Source of the DNA: an uncultured Clostridia bacterium
Lineage (GTDB): Bacteria > Acidobacteriota > Aminicenantia > JBFLYD01 > JBBIMS01
DNA length: 64,000 nt
Assembly: GCA_964649495.1 (NCBI GenBank)
Contig: CAZYPR010000004.1
Coordinates: forward strand, 11,474-75,473
Direction of reading: 5' to 3'
Positions 48,120-59,739 of this stretch are shown here, piece after piece (the stretch's first letter is position 1; each line of letters starts with the position of its first letter). The translations under genes and the position numbers were made by a program. Under the pieces are notes generated by a model that had not been told where the DNA came from, searched no databases, and saw only the letters and a program-made list of their open reading frames with translations.

Positions 48120-50555
48120 ATGGAAGAGAGAATTGAGAGATTTGTTCCTGTAAGCCTTGAAGATGAAATGAAAAGATCCTACCTTGATTACGCCATGAGC
48201 GTAATAATTGGTAGGGCTTTGCCAGATGCCTTTGATGGTCTAAAGCCTGTCCACAGAAGGATTCTATGGGCAATGTGGGAATCAAATACCACATGGGATA
48301 AACCCTTCAAGAAATCAGCAAGGATAGTTGGAGATGTTATAGGTAAGTATCATCCCCATGGAGATGCTGCTGTTTATGATGCTCTTGTGAGAATGGCTCA
48401 GGATTTCACAATGAGATATCCCTTGATAGATGGTCAGGGTAACTTCGGCTCAGTGGATGGAGATCCTCCCGCTGCAATGAGATACACGGAGGTAAGGCTT
48501 GAGAAGCTATCGAAGGAACTCCTTGAGGAGCTGGAAAAGAATACTGTTCCCTTCACATCAAACTATGATAATACTTTAAAGGAGCCAGTTTACCTACCCG
48601 CAAGATTTCCTGGACTCCTTATTAATGGTTCAGCGGGAATTGCAGTTGGTATGGCTACAAATGTTCCACCTCACAATTTCAGTGAAGTAATAGATGCCCT
48701 TGTTTATCTTATTGATAATCCTGGAGCAACTGTTGAGGAGTTGATGAATTTCATAAAAGGTCCCGATTTTCCCACAGGTGCATATATAATTGGAAAGGAA
48801 GGCATCAAAGAAGCTTATAGCACTGGAAAGGGTCTTATAACAGTAAGAGCAAAAGCATTTATTGAAAAGACAAAATCAGGAAAGGAAAATATTGTAATTT
48901 CTGAGATACCATACCAGGTCAGCAAAGCTAAAATTATTGAAAAGATTGGGGAGCTTATGAGAGGGAAGGGGCTTGAAGGGGTTTCAGAGATAAGGGATGA
49001 ATCTGACAGGGATGGAATAAGAGTTGTTCTTGAACTAAAGAAAGATTCTTCGCCTCAGGTTATCTTGAACTATCTTTACAAACACACATCCCTTCAAACA
49101 ACATTTGGAATAATCTTTCTTGCTGTAACTGATAATCAACCAAAACTTTTTACTCTGTCTGAGCTTCTCCAGCACTTTCTTTTAAGAAGAAAGGAGATTG
49201 TAAGAAGAAGGTTAACCTTTGATAAGGAAAAGGCAGAAGCAAGGGTTCACATTCTTCAGGGATTAATAGTTTGTATAAACAATATTGAAAGAGTTGTTGA
49301 AATAATAAAAAAATCAAAAAACACAGAGGAAGCAGGTCAAGCACTAATGAAGAATTTCCATCTTACAAAAATTCAGGCACAGGCAATCCTTGATATGCAA
49401 TTGAGCAGACTTACAAACCTTGAAAGAGAGAAAATATTAAGGGAGGAGGAGGAGCTGAGAAGGGAGATAGAGAGATTGAAGAGAATACTTCAGGATGAAA
49501 AATTGATAATGAATTTAATCAAAGAAGAGTTGCTAAAGCTTAAGGAAGTATATGGAGACGAAAGAAGAACTGAAATCCTTGAACACGAAGAGAAAGAGAT
49601 AAAGCTTGAGGATACAATCCCTGAGGAGGATTATGTAATAATATACACCTCTTCAGGATATGTTAAGAGAACCCCTCTCTCTGCATATCGTTATCAGGGA
49701 AGGGGTGGGAAAGGAAAGATGGGGATGAAGGTAAAGGAGGAAGATGAGGTTGCAGAAATATTTATTGCCTCCTCCCATTCATATTTACTTCTTCTTACTG
49801 ATAAAGGAAGACTTTACTGGTTGAGGGTTTTGGACATTCCTGATGTGGGAACAGCGGGTAGGGGAAAGCACATCTCCAATCTTATCAAATTGAGGGAAGA
49901 TGAAAATGTTAAATCTGTTGTTTCTGTAAGAGATCTTTTTGCTGAAGATTCATACCTTTTAATGATTACAAAGAAAGGGTTTATAAAGAAGACTCATATT
50001 TCATCCTTTAAAAATCCTCGTTCAACAGGGACTATTGCAATTGGTATTGATTCTGATGATTCTCTTCTTTCATGTATAAAGACCGATGGTAAGATGGATA
50101 TTATAGTTGGGACTGCGAATGGGATTGTTCTTAGATTTAATGAGAAGGATGTAAGGGATATGGGAAGAAGTGCAAGGGGTGTCAAGAGTATGAAATTAAA
50201 GGGTAATGATGAGATAATAGGAATGGAATCAGTCTCTGAAGACCATAAATATTTATTTACTGTGACAGAAAAAGGTTATGGTAAGAAAACCCTTGTTAGT
50301 GAATATAGGGTTCAAAGAAGAGGAGGGATGGGAATAATTAATGTCAGAGTTACAGCAAAAACAGGTAAAGTTTGTGGCTTGACATCAATTTCCGATTATG
50401 ATGATATAATTATTGCAACCAACAATGGAAAGGTTATTAAGATTAAGACAGAAGCAATCAGGGCAATGGGGAGATATGCTCAGGGGGTTAAACTCATATC
50501 CCTTGAAGAGGGGGACAGAGTCGCATCTTTTACAGCCATCAGCAATCAGTCATAA
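48120..50555 (+). CDS. gyrA: DNA gyrase subunit A
   Basis: [11 protein letters not shown], the active-site region AAMRYTE, and C-terminal beta-pinwheel repeats. Confidence 0.95.
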   Translation: MEERIERFVPVSLEDEMKRSYLDYAMSVIIGRALPDAFDGLKPVHRRILWAMWESNTTWDKPFKKSARIVGDVIGKYHPHGDAAVYDALVRMAQDFTMRYPLIDGQGNFGSVDGDPPAAMRYTEVRLEKLSKELLEELEKNTVPFTSNYDNTLKEPVYLPARFPGLLINGSAGIAVGMATNVPPHNFSEVIDALVYLIDNPGATVEELMNFIKGPDFPTGAYIIGKEGIKEAYSTGKGLITVRAKAFIEKTKSGKENIVISEIPYQVSKAKIIEKIGELMRGKGLEGVSEIRDESDRDGIRVVLELKKDSSPQVILNYLYKHTSLQTTFGIIFLAVTDNQPKLFTLSELLQHFLLRRKEIVRRRLTFDKEKAEARVHILQGLIVCINNIERVVEIIKKSKNTEEAGQALMKNFHLTKIQAQAILDMQLSRLTNLEREKILREEEELRREIERLKRILQDEKLIMNLIKEELLKLKEVYGDERRTEILEHEEKEIKLEDTIPEEDYVIIYTSSGYVKRTPLSAYRYQGRGGKGKMGMKVKEEDEVAEIFIASSHSYLLLLTDKGRLYWLRVLDIPDVGTAGRGKHISNLIKLREDENVKSVVSVRDLFAEDSYLLMITKKGFIKKTHISSFKNPRSTGTIAIGIDSDDSLLSCIKTDGKMDIIVGTANGIVLRFNEKDVRDMGRSARGVKSMKLKGNDEIIGMESVSEDHKYLFTVTEKGYGKKTLVSEYRVQRRGGMGIINVRVTAKTGKVCGLTSISDYDDIIIATNNGKVIKIKTEAIRAMGRYAQGVKLISLEEGDRVASFTAISNQS

Positions 50556-50665
50556 TTCCTTTTTGGCAATAATAATCCAAAGATCTTCCTTTATAGTCTT
50601 TATGGACTTATAAAAATTGAAGGGGTTTCACCCCTTGTTATTTAAAATATTAGAAAGGAGGAAAA

Positions 50666-52450
50666 ATGGAAGTAAAAACCATTAAAGACCTCTTTTTCCA
50701 TTCAACCCATTCTTTCAACAAAGAGAACCATATAATGTTCAAGAAGGAAGGAAAATATCAAAACATTTCTACAAAGGAGTTCTATAACACTGTCAAGTAT
50801 ATTACTCTGGGTCTTCTTTCCCTCGGATTGAAGAATTCTGATAAGGTCTCCCTTTTGTCAGAAACAAGGTATGAATGGACATTCTCTGACATCAGCATAA
50901 TAATTGCAGGAGGTGTGACCGTCCCAATTTATCCAACACTTGTTCCTGAGCAGATAAAGTTTATTGTGGAGGATTCAGATTCAACAATGGTGATATTCTC
51001 TGACATTAACCAGTGGAAGAAACTTTCAATGATAAGGGATTCTCTCCCTGCTGTTAAGTATTACATTACATTTCTGGATGAACCTCCATCAAAAGAAGTA
51101 ATTACGCTGAAAAATTTGATTGAGCTTGGTAAAAATTACGAAAAAGAATTTCCTGATCTATTTGATAAGAAACTGAAGGAAGGGAGCGAAAATGACCTAA
51201 TGACAATAATTTATACATCTGGAACAACAGGAGTTCCAAAGGGTGTTATGCTGAGTCACAGGAATTTAATTAGCAATGTTACTGCTGTAAAGGAAATTCT
51301 AGATATAAATGAAAGGGACACAACCCTCTCCTTCTTACCTTTAGCCCATGTTCTTGAAAGGATGGTAACATATGCTTATCTTTATTTCGGTGCAAGTGTT
51401 GCCTATGCTGAGAGTATTGACACTGTTGGAGAGAATCTAATGGAGATAAGACCTACAATTGTTGTTGGTGTCCCAAGACTTTTTGAAAAAATATACGCAA
51501 GGGTAATGGATAATGTTCTTTCAAGCCCTCCACTGAGGCAGAAAATTTTTTACTGGGCAGTGAAAGTTGGGAAAGAATATGGAGAAAAAATCCTCAGAAA
51601 GGAGAAAATCCCATTCTTTCTGAAGATTAAAAGAGGTATTGCAGATAAACTTGTATATTCCAAGATAAGGGAGAGGACAGGAGGGAGAATAAGATTCTTT
51701 GTTTCAGGAGGAGCTCCTCTTTCCAAGGAAATTGCAGAGTTTTTCTTTGCTTTGGGAATAAAAATTCTGGAGGGTTATGGGCTTACAGAAACTTCTCCTG
51801 TTGTCTCTGTTAACACTGAGGAAAGATTGAAATTTGGAAGTGTTGGACCTCTTCTCCCTGGAGTTGAAGTTAAAATAGCTGAGGATGGAGAGATACTTGT
51901 GCGTGGTCCCAATGTAATGATGGGATATTATAAAAATGAAGAGGAGACAAAAGAGGTCATTAAAGATGGTTGGCTCCACACAGGAGATATAGGAAGAATG
52001 GATGAGGATGGGTTCCTATACATTACCGATAGAAAGAAGGAACTTCTTGTCACATCAGGTGGGAAAAACATAGCTCCTCAACCAATTGAAAACATGATAA
52101 AAACATCCCCCTATGTCAATCAGGTTGTTTGTATTGGAGACAAGAGGAAATTTGTTTCCGCTCTGATTGTTCCCAACTGGGAAAAGCTTGAAGAGTATGC
52201 AAAAAACTCAGGAATAAGCTACTCTACAAGGAGCGAGCTTACAAAAACACCTGAGATTCTTGATTTCATGCTTAAAGAAGTTGAAAGGATGACCCCAGGG
52301 CTTGCTCCTTTTGAAAGGGTTAAAAAGATTGCTTTGCTGGAAAATGAATTCACTGTAGAAGGAGGAGAGATAACACCAACTCTGAAAGTAAAGAGAAGGG
52401 TCATAGACCAGAAATACAAAGAAATAATAGACGAGCTTTATAAAGAGTAA
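50666..52450 (+). CDS. fadD: Long-chain-fatty-acid--CoA ligase (AMP-binding family)
   Basis: AMP-binding motif IYTSGTTGVPKGVMLSH, GYGLTETS and the C-terminal lysine region. Confidence 0.85.
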   Translation: MEVKTIKDLFFHSTHSFNKENHIMFKKEGKYQNISTKEFYNTVKYITLGLLSLGLKNSDKVSLLSETRYEWTFSDISIIIAGGVTVPIYPTLVPEQIKFIVEDSDSTMVIFSDINQWKKLSMIRDSLPAVKYYITFLDEPPSKEVITLKNLIELGKNYEKEFPDLFDKKLKEGSENDLMTIIYTSGTTGVPKGVMLSHRNLISNVTAVKEILDINERDTTLSFLPLAHVLERMVTYAYLYFGASVAYAESIDTVGENLMEIRPTIVVGVPRLFEKIYARVMDNVLSSPPLRQKIFYWAVKVGKEYGEKILRKEKIPFFLKIKRGIADKLVYSKIRERTGGRIRFFVSGGAPLSKEIAEFFFALGIKILEGYGLTETSPVVSVNTEERLKFGSVGPLLPGVEVKIAEDGEILVRGPNVMMGYYKNEEETKEVIKDGWLHTGDIGRMDEDGFLYITDRKKELLVTSGGKNIAPQPIENMIKTSPYVNQVVCIGDKRKFVSALIVPNWEKLEEYAKNSGISYSTRSELTKTPEILDFMLKEVERMTPGLAPFERVKKIALLENEFTVEGGEITPTLKVKRRVIDQKYKEIIDELYKE

Positions 52451-52640
52451 AGAAGAGTTCTTATAGCTAATCGAGGTAATAAAAATCTGGAGTAATTGAA
52501 TTTTGGGAATATTAATGTCAGCTGAAACCTCCCTTACTAAAGAAATTCCATCTTCTTGGTATACCTGTTATTTAATTTTTACGGAGTTAGAGGTTAAAAT
52601 TTTCGTTTTAAAAGCTATTAGCTGTTAAAGGCTAATTTCT

Positions 52641-54950
52641 TCAATTGGTAATTACAAGAACCTTTTTACCTGATGGCTTCTCTTCCATATTTCTGTAATC
52701 TCCAGAGACATAAAGTTTTATCTGGTCATCATAGTTTTTGCTCAAAAGATTGCCACTCTGTCCTGAAGAATTTATCATAACTGATCTTGTGAAATCAGAG
52801 AGATCTATTATCATTCTAAAGGCAGATGAGCCAGTAACTCTGAAGTTCTTCCCTCTGGGAAATCCAGCAAATTGCACACATCCTCTTCCTCCCTTAATGA
52901 AAAAAGGACCACGGTTAAAAATATATTTTAAAAATGGAATTGAACCAAAAGGATGATTGTAATAGATCAGATGGATTTCCTCCCAGTCAATTCTTTCCCT
53001 TCCTTTGTAATCCTCTTTAAACTTTTCATATGTATCAACAAGACTCCTCTCCACAATTTCTTCAAAACTTTCTTTCCTTTCAGTTTTCAGATTATCAATC
53101 CAGTAATAAAAATCCTCATCTTCATTGCCAACTGGATAATTCATTATCCTGTAGAGCCAGCTTGTAGAAATAAGTTTTCTTCCATTTTCATCTTTAAAAT
53201 TATCCTCAAAAATATTCCTTGAAAGAAAATATTCGAAATTATAGAAAAGATAAGGAGCAAATCCACTTTCAATCCTAAAATTCCAATCTTTAAAATATTT
53301 CATAACAAAATTAGCCTTTTCTGATTTGAATTTAATTTTTTTAATTCTATTTATTATAAATTCTGCTCCCTTATGGAAAGTGTCATTCTGAATTCTTTTC
53401 ATGTCCTCAAGAGTTAATTTCTCCTTCTCTCTTATAAGTTCTTCTATCCTGTCTGCCCTGAAAAATGGACCCCAGCTTTTTGAAAAAATTGGAAGCCCAT
53501 TTTCTGGTAGAACGGGATTATTGGCAGTGACTATAAATCCTCTTTCAGGATTTAAAAGATACGGTTTTTTATCTTCCTCCCAGAAGCCTTTCCATAGATC
53601 CTGATCCCCTTGAGCATTAACAGGTAGAGAGCCATCCCCTTTACTTCTTATAGGGATAAGTCCCGATGGAAAATAACCTATGTTCCCTTCTCTATCTGCA
53701 AAAACAATGTTCTGGCTGGGAGATGAGAATTTTTTTATAGCGGATAGGAACTCCTCGTAATTCTTTGATAGATTCATTTCAAAAAACGCCTCAATTGTTT
53801 TTGATGGATAATCTGTGACACTCTGAATCCCAAGACAAAGTTCTCCAAATTTCCTTACCCTTCCAAATTTTGTAAGTTTGACATCCTTTCTGATCTCTCC
53901 AATTCCCTTCACCTTTACAATCTTTTTCAAAATCTTGAAATCTTTCCACTCTCCATTCCATAAATACTGATTTTCATTTTCAGGATTTACTCTTAGAATA
54001 TAGTAATCAATAACATCAGACTCTACATTGGTAAACCCCCATCCAATATTTTTGTTTCTTCCAATTATAATAAATGGTGTCCCTGGTAAAGTGTTCCCGC
54101 AAAGCTCAATTTCTTTACTCCTTGCATAAATCTGATAGAAATAAGACGGGAATCTGAGATCAAGATGGGGATCATTGGCAAGATATGGAAGACCTGTATC
54201 AGTGAGTTTTCCTGAAACAACCCAGCTGTTACTCCCTATCCCTTCCAAGAAAGTCGATGAAGGTTCTTCTTTCTCAAGAATTTCCTCATTTAAATTTTTA
54301 TATTCCCCTTCTTTTATAATGCTTGTGCTGAAGTTTCCATAAATGAATTTTTTTGCTCTTTCAAAACCAAGAGCATTTACAAGTTGATAATTGTAAAGCT
54401 CGGAACCATCCCCGCAGAGGATGTTTTCCATCACCTTCAAAATACAGAGGGAATCTTTTCCCCTCCATTTCTCAGGCTTGTAATTCAAAATCTTAAATTC
54501 AATGGGAAGATTCTGAGTTTCAATGAAATAATTTATTCCATCGGAGTAATGCTCCATCAACTCTTTAACCCTGAGATTAATCTTATCCATTCCATTTTCA
54601 ATATATTCCTCTACAAGCATTTCTTTCTGATTTATGTCTGAATCGAGGGTTATCTTACCAAATATCTCTGATAACTTTCCCTGAGCCTTTCTTCTAATCA
54701 GATCCATCTGATAGAGCCTGTCCTGGGCATGGACAAACCCTATGCCGAAGTAGAGGTCTTCAAGATTTTCTGCCTTAATAAATGGAACACCCCACCTATT
54801 TTTTTCAATCTCAACCCTATTCTGGACTTTATCAGTCTTTAGAAGTCCTTTTGTTTTTGGAACAGTAGAACCCACCAAGATGGATAGGATAATGGAAAAG
54901 AAAAGAAAAACAAAAAATAAAAAAATTAAAATTCCTTTTAAAACATTCAT
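52641..54950 (-). CDS. Penicillin acylase-family Ntn hydrolase (S45, possibly AHL/penicillin amidase)
   Basis: 769 aa with a signal/TM anchor and the GSNSWVVSG nucleophile-serine region typical of the beta-subunit N-terminus. Confidence 0.8.
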   Translation of the reverse strand: MNVLKGILIFLFFVFLFFSIILSILVGSTVPKTKGLLKTDKVQNRVEIEKNRWGVPFIKAENLEDLYFGIGFVHAQDRLYQMDLIRRKAQGKLSEIFGKITLDSDINQKEMLVEEYIENGMDKINLRVKELMEHYSDGINYFIETQNLPIEFKILNYKPEKWRGKDSLCILKVMENILCGDGSELYNYQLVNALGFERAKKFIYGNFSTSIIKEGEYKNLNEEILEKEEPSSTFLEGIGSNSWVVSGKLTDTGLPYLANDPHLDLRFPSYFYQIYARSKEIELCGNTLPGTPFIIIGRNKNIGWGFTNVESDVIDYYILRVNPENENQYLWNGEWKDFKILKKIVKVKGIGEIRKDVKLTKFGRVRKFGELCLGIQSVTDYPSKTIEAFFEMNLSKNYEEFLSAIKKFSSPSQNIVFADREGNIGYFPSGLIPIRSKGDGSLPVNAQGDQDLWKGFWEEDKKPYLLNPERGFIVTANNPVLPENGLPIFSKSWGPFFRADRIEELIREKEKLTLEDMKRIQNDTFHKGAEFIINRIKKIKFKSEKANFVMKYFKDWNFRIESGFAPYLFYNFEYFLSRNIFEDNFKDENGRKLISTSWLYRIMNYPVGNEDEDFYYWIDNLKTERKESFEEIVERSLVDTYEKFKEDYKGRERIDWEEIHLIYYNHPFGSIPFLKYIFNRGPFFIKGGRGCVQFAGFPRGKNFRVTGSSAFRMIIDLSDFTRSVMINSSGQSGNLLSKNYDDQIKLYVSGDYRNMEEKPSGKKVLVITN

Positions 54951-55078
54951 TTGTCACTCCTTTCAATCTAATAGAAGCATTTCTTTTCATTTTATTTTAA
55001 TAATGGAAAAATTGTTTTTCAACCTGAATCAAGATTTTCAACTTGACACTTGTCAATTAAAGTGTTTAAAATTCTAAT

Positions 55079-57010
55079 TTGTGGAATTTTTTATTTTTAG
55101 GAGAAATAAAAATGAAAAAATTTTTTCCCCTTATCATATTAATTCTTCTCTCTATTTCAATATCATTTTCAGATCCTCTTAGATACAGAGTCCTTCTTGT
55201 TGAAGGAACAACCACCTATGATGAATATATAAGCTCATTTTTTATTGAAAAAATGTTAATAAGCTGGAATATCCCCTTTGACAAGCTCAAATCGAATGAA
55301 AGAATAACAGGCGATCTTTTGAAAAGAGGGATAACTTTACTCTATTCCTCCGTTATACTTTCTAGATCTTCTTCCTATCTCTCCAGCGAAGAGGTAAATA
55401 TTTTAAAGAACTTATCAGGTGAATCTGGATTATCTGTTATCTCCTTCTTTAACTTTCCTGATTACAGGATTTCCTCAATATTCGGGATAAAGTCGTTTTC
55501 AGGTTTGAAGTCAGCTTACAGATTTGACCTGACAGATGAAGACCCCTTTATAACCAAAGGATTTGAAGGAGAAAGGCTTTATGGTGGTAATTTTATGGGG
55601 GTTTTAACCGAAAAAACAATAAAAAAATATGTCCATGGAAATGGAGATCCTGTATTTTTCTCTTTTGAATATAAAAATGGAACAAATTATTACTTTGCTC
55701 TTTCTCCTTCTGACTGGGGAATCTATGATGGAAGGCATTTACTTTTGAGGAGAGCTATTTTCCAGAACAGTGGCTTTGGATTCTTGTTTTTTGACCTTGA
55801 GGGGACCCTTTTAATGAGATTCGATGACCCTTTGGGTCCTGTGGTTGTATTATCAGATCCCGCTGGTATTCCCTATTTTCCTTCAAACAAAAAAATGGAT
55901 AGAAGTGATTGGAAAAAGACATTGGAAATTCTAAAAAAACATGATGCGGGTATGAGTTTACTTGTTGTGACTGGATTCCCAGACGATGCCAACCCTTCGA
56001 GGGGGAAACTTTATAAAAATGGGGTGGAGATAACCAGCAGAACCTGTGGGACAGTTTATGATACCAAGGATTTAAAATATCAATTTGTCTCAGGAACAAG
56101 GGGTGGGAAAATAATGGATTTTGAGGAAGAATACTCTGCAATAAAGGAAGTAATGGAGTATGAAAAAATTGATATACAACAGCATGGATGGACTCACTAC
56201 GATTTGCATAGATGGGTTTGGTGCGCATCTCCTTCTAAATACTTTCCAGATCTCTGGGTAAGGGAGTTCTATCATTATTACAATAGAACTGATGCATCCT
56301 ATTCAGAGCAATGGAATGCAATAGAAAAGGGTTACAACAATATAAAGAGCTGGTTTGGGGTTGAGCCAGCCTTTTTTGCTTTCCCTGCCAATGCTTATTC
56401 AAAGAATACTTTGGATGTGCTTAAAAACTTTGGGTATAGAATGGCTAATGGGATTGGTAAGGATTTCTTCATATTAAAGGATGGAAAGTTTACAGTTCCT
56501 TATTTCATTGAAACGACCTCCGCAAAACTCCTCCAGTGGAATCCTTTCATGGTAAATATCTGGATTCCAAGATCATTTCCCTTCATTGTATATACCCATG
56601 ATTACGAGCTTCTTTATTTTGGTATTGATTGGCTCGACTACTGGTTTGAGCAATTTGAGAAATTGAATGTTAAGAATTTTATGTCCTTTGGAGAACTTCT
56701 TGGGTATTTGCTATCAGAAGTAGAAGCTATTGTAAGACCAGATCTTTACGGAATGACTTTTACAGTTGATATTTCAAATACTGGCGGTCCCAATAATCTT
56801 CCCTCATCGAGATATTTCAGCACAAGGAGCATGAAAATGTTTTTAAAAGTCCCAAAGAAATGGGTAGGGCACAAAGAAATTGGTGAAAAGGAGGTTATTG
56901 AAATTAAATTAGATCCTTTTAAAGAAAAAACCTTTTATGTTGGCAGGTTTAATATTTCAGAAAATGATAGCTTAAGGGAAAGAACTGATAAACCATCAGG
57001 GAAAAAATAA
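55079..57010 (+). CDS. Secreted hypothetical protein, possibly polysaccharide deacetylase-like (CE4/DUF2194-like)
   Basis: Signal peptide. HGWTHYDL resembles the NodB motif-2 H(S/T)xxH. Otherwise there are no strong signatures. Confidence 0.35.
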   Translation: MWNFLFLGEIKMKKFFPLIILILLSISISFSDPLRYRVLLVEGTTTYDEYISSFFIEKMLISWNIPFDKLKSNERITGDLLKRGITLLYSSVILSRSSSYLSSEEVNILKNLSGESGLSVISFFNFPDYRISSIFGIKSFSGLKSAYRFDLTDEDPFITKGFEGERLYGGNFMGVLTEKTIKKYVHGNGDPVFFSFEYKNGTNYYFALSPSDWGIYDGRHLLLRRAIFQNSGFGFLFFDLEGTLLMRFDDPLGPVVVLSDPAGIPYFPSNKKMDRSDWKKTLEILKKHDAGMSLLVVTGFPDDANPSRGKLYKNGVEITSRTCGTVYDTKDLKYQFVSGTRGGKIMDFEEEYSAIKEVMEYEKIDIQQHGWTHYDLHRWVWCASPSKYFPDLWVREFYHYYNRTDASYSEQWNAIEKGYNNIKSWFGVEPAFFAFPANAYSKNTLDVLKNFGYRMANGIGKDFFILKDGKFTVPYFIETTSAKLLQWNPFMVNIWIPRSFPFIVYTHDYELLYFGIDWLDYWFEQFEKLNVKNFMSFGELLGYLLSEVEAIVRPDLYGMTFTVDISNTGGPNNLPSSRYFSTRSMKMFLKVPKKWVGHKEIGEKEVIEIKLDPFKEKTFYVGRFNISENDSLRERTDKPSGKK

Positions 57011-57077
57011 TTTTCTTATTCTTTTCAAAAATATATTGCTCAGAACTTAGAAAGGGGATAAAATTATAAATAAGTAT

Positions 57078-58064
57078 ATGCGGGCAATAAAAGTAGAAGA
57101 ACTTGTAAAAAAATTCAATAGTTTTACCGCTGTTGAAAATATATCATTTGATGTTCCTTATGGTGAGCTATTTGGTCTGCTCGGTCCAAATGGAGCGGGA
57201 AAAACAACCACAATAAATATTCTTTCAACTCTTTTAAAACCCACATCAGGATATGCGGAGGTAGCGGGATTCGACATAAGAAAAAAGAGGGATGAAGTAA
57301 GAAAGAGTATAGGTATAGTTTTTCAGGATCCAACCCTTGATACAAAACTTACTGGAAGGGAGAATCTTCTTTTCCACGCAATGATGTATGGGATAAAAAA
57401 AGAGGAAGCTGAAAAAAGGATGAAAGAGGTTCTCCAGCTTGTGGAGCTTGAGGATAGGGCAAACACTTTAGTAGAAAAGTATTCAGGAGGAATGAAAAGA
57501 AGGCTTGAGATTGCAAGAGGTTTGATACACAGGCCTAAAGTCTTATTCCTCGATGAGCCCACCCTTGGACTTGATGCACAAACAAGGAGGAGAATATGGG
57601 ATTATATAAAAAAACTGAACAAAGAAACAGGAATTACAATGATTCTAACAACTCACTATATGGAGGAAGCTGATTATCTCTGCGATCGAGTTGCAATAAT
57701 TGACCACGGAAAAATTGTAGCCATTGACAATCCATTGAATTTGAAGAACAGGCTCGGAGGCGATATTGTCTCTCTTGAGTTCGAAGGAGATGCAAATAAC
57801 TACATTGAAAAATTAAAGGAGCTGAAGTGGATTAAATCTTTAAGAGTTCAAAATGGGATTTTGAGAATGAGCATGGAGATGGCCGAAAGGAAAATCCCCA
57901 CTCTTTTGAATCTTGCAGAGAAAATTGGAATTAATATAAATTCAGTAAATCTCCACAAACCCAGCCTTGAGGATGTTTTCCTTTTCTATACAGGAAGGAA
58001 AATCAGAGATGAAGATGGGGAAAGGGAAAAAAGAGAATGGATTATTAGGTCAATGAGGAGGTAG
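57078..58064 (+). CDS. ABC transporter ATP-binding protein (ABC-2/DrrA-like)
   Basis: Walker A GPNGAGKTT, signature YSGGMKRRLEIA and Walker B LFLDEPT. Confidence 0.85.
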   Translation: MRAIKVEELVKKFNSFTAVENISFDVPYGELFGLLGPNGAGKTTTINILSTLLKPTSGYAEVAGFDIRKKRDEVRKSIGIVFQDPTLDTKLTGRENLLFHAMMYGIKKEEAEKRMKEVLQLVELEDRANTLVEKYSGGMKRRLEIARGLIHRPKVLFLDEPTLGLDAQTRRRIWDYIKKLNKETGITMILTTHYMEEADYLCDRVAIIDHGKIVAIDNPLNLKNRLGGDIVSLEFEGDANNYIEKLKELKWIKSLRVQNGILRMSMEMAERKIPTLLNLAEKIGININSVNLHKPSLEDVFLFYTGRKIRDEDGEREKREWIIRSMRR

Positions 58065-58067
58065 AGG

Positions 58068-58832
58068 ATGATAAATTCAACTGTTGTTTATATTCTATGG
58101 CTGAGGGAGATGAAAAGATTCTTCAGGGCAAAGTCTCGTGTCATTGGAACAATGGCTATGCCTCTCCTTTTTCTTGTCTTCATGGGTTTCGGTTTTGGAA
58201 GGATGAATGTTCCAGGTATCTCGCAAAATATAAATTACATGAATTTTCTTGTCCCTGGTATAATAGGGATGTCCCTTCTTTTTACCTCTACATTTGCTGG
58301 ACTTTCCGTTTTATGGGATAGGGAATTCGGATTTTTAAAGGAGATAATGGTCGCTCCTGTAAGTAGAGTATCAATAGCTGTTGGAAGAATTGCAGGTGGA
58401 ATATCCACATCCCTTCTTCAGGGGATTTCAATTCTTCTTATATCTATTTTAATGGGCTTCAAAATAAAGGGGCTCTCCCCCCTTCTTTTGTCAATTTTAT
58501 TTATGGCTCTCGTATCTGCTACCTTTGTGGCAATTGGGCTTGGAATAGCATCCCAGATGAAGGACATTCACGGTTTCAGCCTTATAATGAACTTCCTGAT
58601 CTTCCCCCTCTTTTTCCTTTCCGGTGCCCTCTATCCTATTCAGAATTTACCTGCTATTGTGAGATCCTTCTCTTATATTGATCCCCTTACATACGGAGTT
58701 GATGGATTGAGGGGATTCCTTGTAGGTGCATCCCATTTCCCTCCTTTTCTAAACATTTTAATAATTTCAGTATTTTCCTTTTTGACAATTATCATATCAG
58801 CATTTCTTTTTGAAAAAAGTGAAGCACTATAA
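58068..58832 (+). CDS. ABC-2 family transporter permease
   Basis: 6-TM protein immediately downstream of the ABC ATPase. Confidence 0.75.
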   Translation: MINSTVVYILWLREMKRFFRAKSRVIGTMAMPLLFLVFMGFGFGRMNVPGISQNINYMNFLVPGIIGMSLLFTSTFAGLSVLWDREFGFLKEIMVAPVSRVSIAVGRIAGGISTSLLQGISILLISILMGFKIKGLSPLLLSILFMALVSATFVAIGLGIASQMKDIHGFSLIMNFLIFPLFFLSGALYPIQNLPAIVRSFSYIDPLTYGVDGLRGFLVGASHFPPFLNILIISVFSFLTIIISAFLFEKSEAL

Positions 58833-58835
58833 GAA

Positions 58836-59696
58836 ATGAGCTATCCTTTCCTCGAAATTGGAGGGATTACAATTCTCCCTTCCTGGAAAAGACTCCAGAA
58901 ATTAAAAGAAAAATGGGGAGGAGTCTTTATGGTAATTGGAGGGGTAAGCTCGGGAAAGAGCACATTTGTAAAATTCCTTGCATCTTCTTTTCTCACAATA
59001 GATAAAAAAATTGCAATAATCGATGCAGATATCGGACAGTCTTGGATCGGTCCTCCAACCACTATCGGTGCTATAATTCTTCCAAAAAAAGAGGGAGAAG
59101 TTAATTTAATGAGACCCGATTTTTTGGAATTTGTTGGAACATTATCCCCTTCCAATGATTTGAATGGATATTTAAAGTCATTTGAAAAAATTTTTACCCT
59201 TGTAAAAATGGAAAGACCATTTGCAATTATTGTTGATACAACTGGACTTATTGCGGGAACTGAAGGACTGAATTTAAAATTAAGGAAAGCTGAGATCCTA
59301 TCACCAACAATGATTATTGCTTTCAAAAAGAATGGCGAAATTAACCATATTATAAACTCCCTTGTTGAAAAAAAATTCGATGTTTATGTTCTCCCTTCGC
59401 CGAAAGAAGCAAAGGAAAGGACAATGAATAAAAGAAGAGAATACAGGGAGAATATTTTCAGAAGATATTTTGAGGGGTCTAAGGTTATAAAGATAAAAGC
59501 ATCTCTTGTGAATATTGAATCCAACAGTCTTGTTGGCATCCTCGATAACGAAAATAAGACCCTTGGCCTCGGAATTTTCCTTGGCAAAGAAAACGAAGAA
59601 GCTCTCCTTTACACCCCCCTTGATTATATAAAAGAGCGGATATTTATAAAGAAAAGCTCCATAAAAATTTCAATTGAAGGGAAAGAGATCGGATAA
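58836..59696 (+). CDS. Clp1/Grc3-like P-loop polynucleotide kinase-family protein
   Basis: Walker A GGVSSGKSTF is followed by IIDADIGQS (the DxDxGQ motif of the Clp1 family). It starts 4 nt after the permease gene. Confidence 0.45.
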   Translation: MSYPFLEIGGITILPSWKRLQKLKEKWGGVFMVIGGVSSGKSTFVKFLASSFLTIDKKIAIIDADIGQSWIGPPTTIGAIILPKKEGEVNLMRPDFLEFVGTLSPSNDLNGYLKSFEKIFTLVKMERPFAIIVDTTGLIAGTEGLNLKLRKAEILSPTMIIAFKKNGEINHIINSLVEKKFDVYVLPSPKEAKERTMNKRREYRENIFRRYFEGSKVIKIKASLVNIESNSLVGILDNENKTLGLGIFLGKENEEALLYTPLDYIKERIFIKKSSIKISIEGKEIG

Positions 59697-59739
59697 GTCT
59701 TTTGATCTCCAAAAACCTCTCCTAAATGTCAAACTTGAG

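Noticed and set aside
52451-52640. 190-bp intergenic region after fadD checked for ncRNA or tRNA
   Set aside because: It contains no tRNA T-loop (GTTCRANYC) or convincing stem-loops. It is probably just convergent 3' UTRs.
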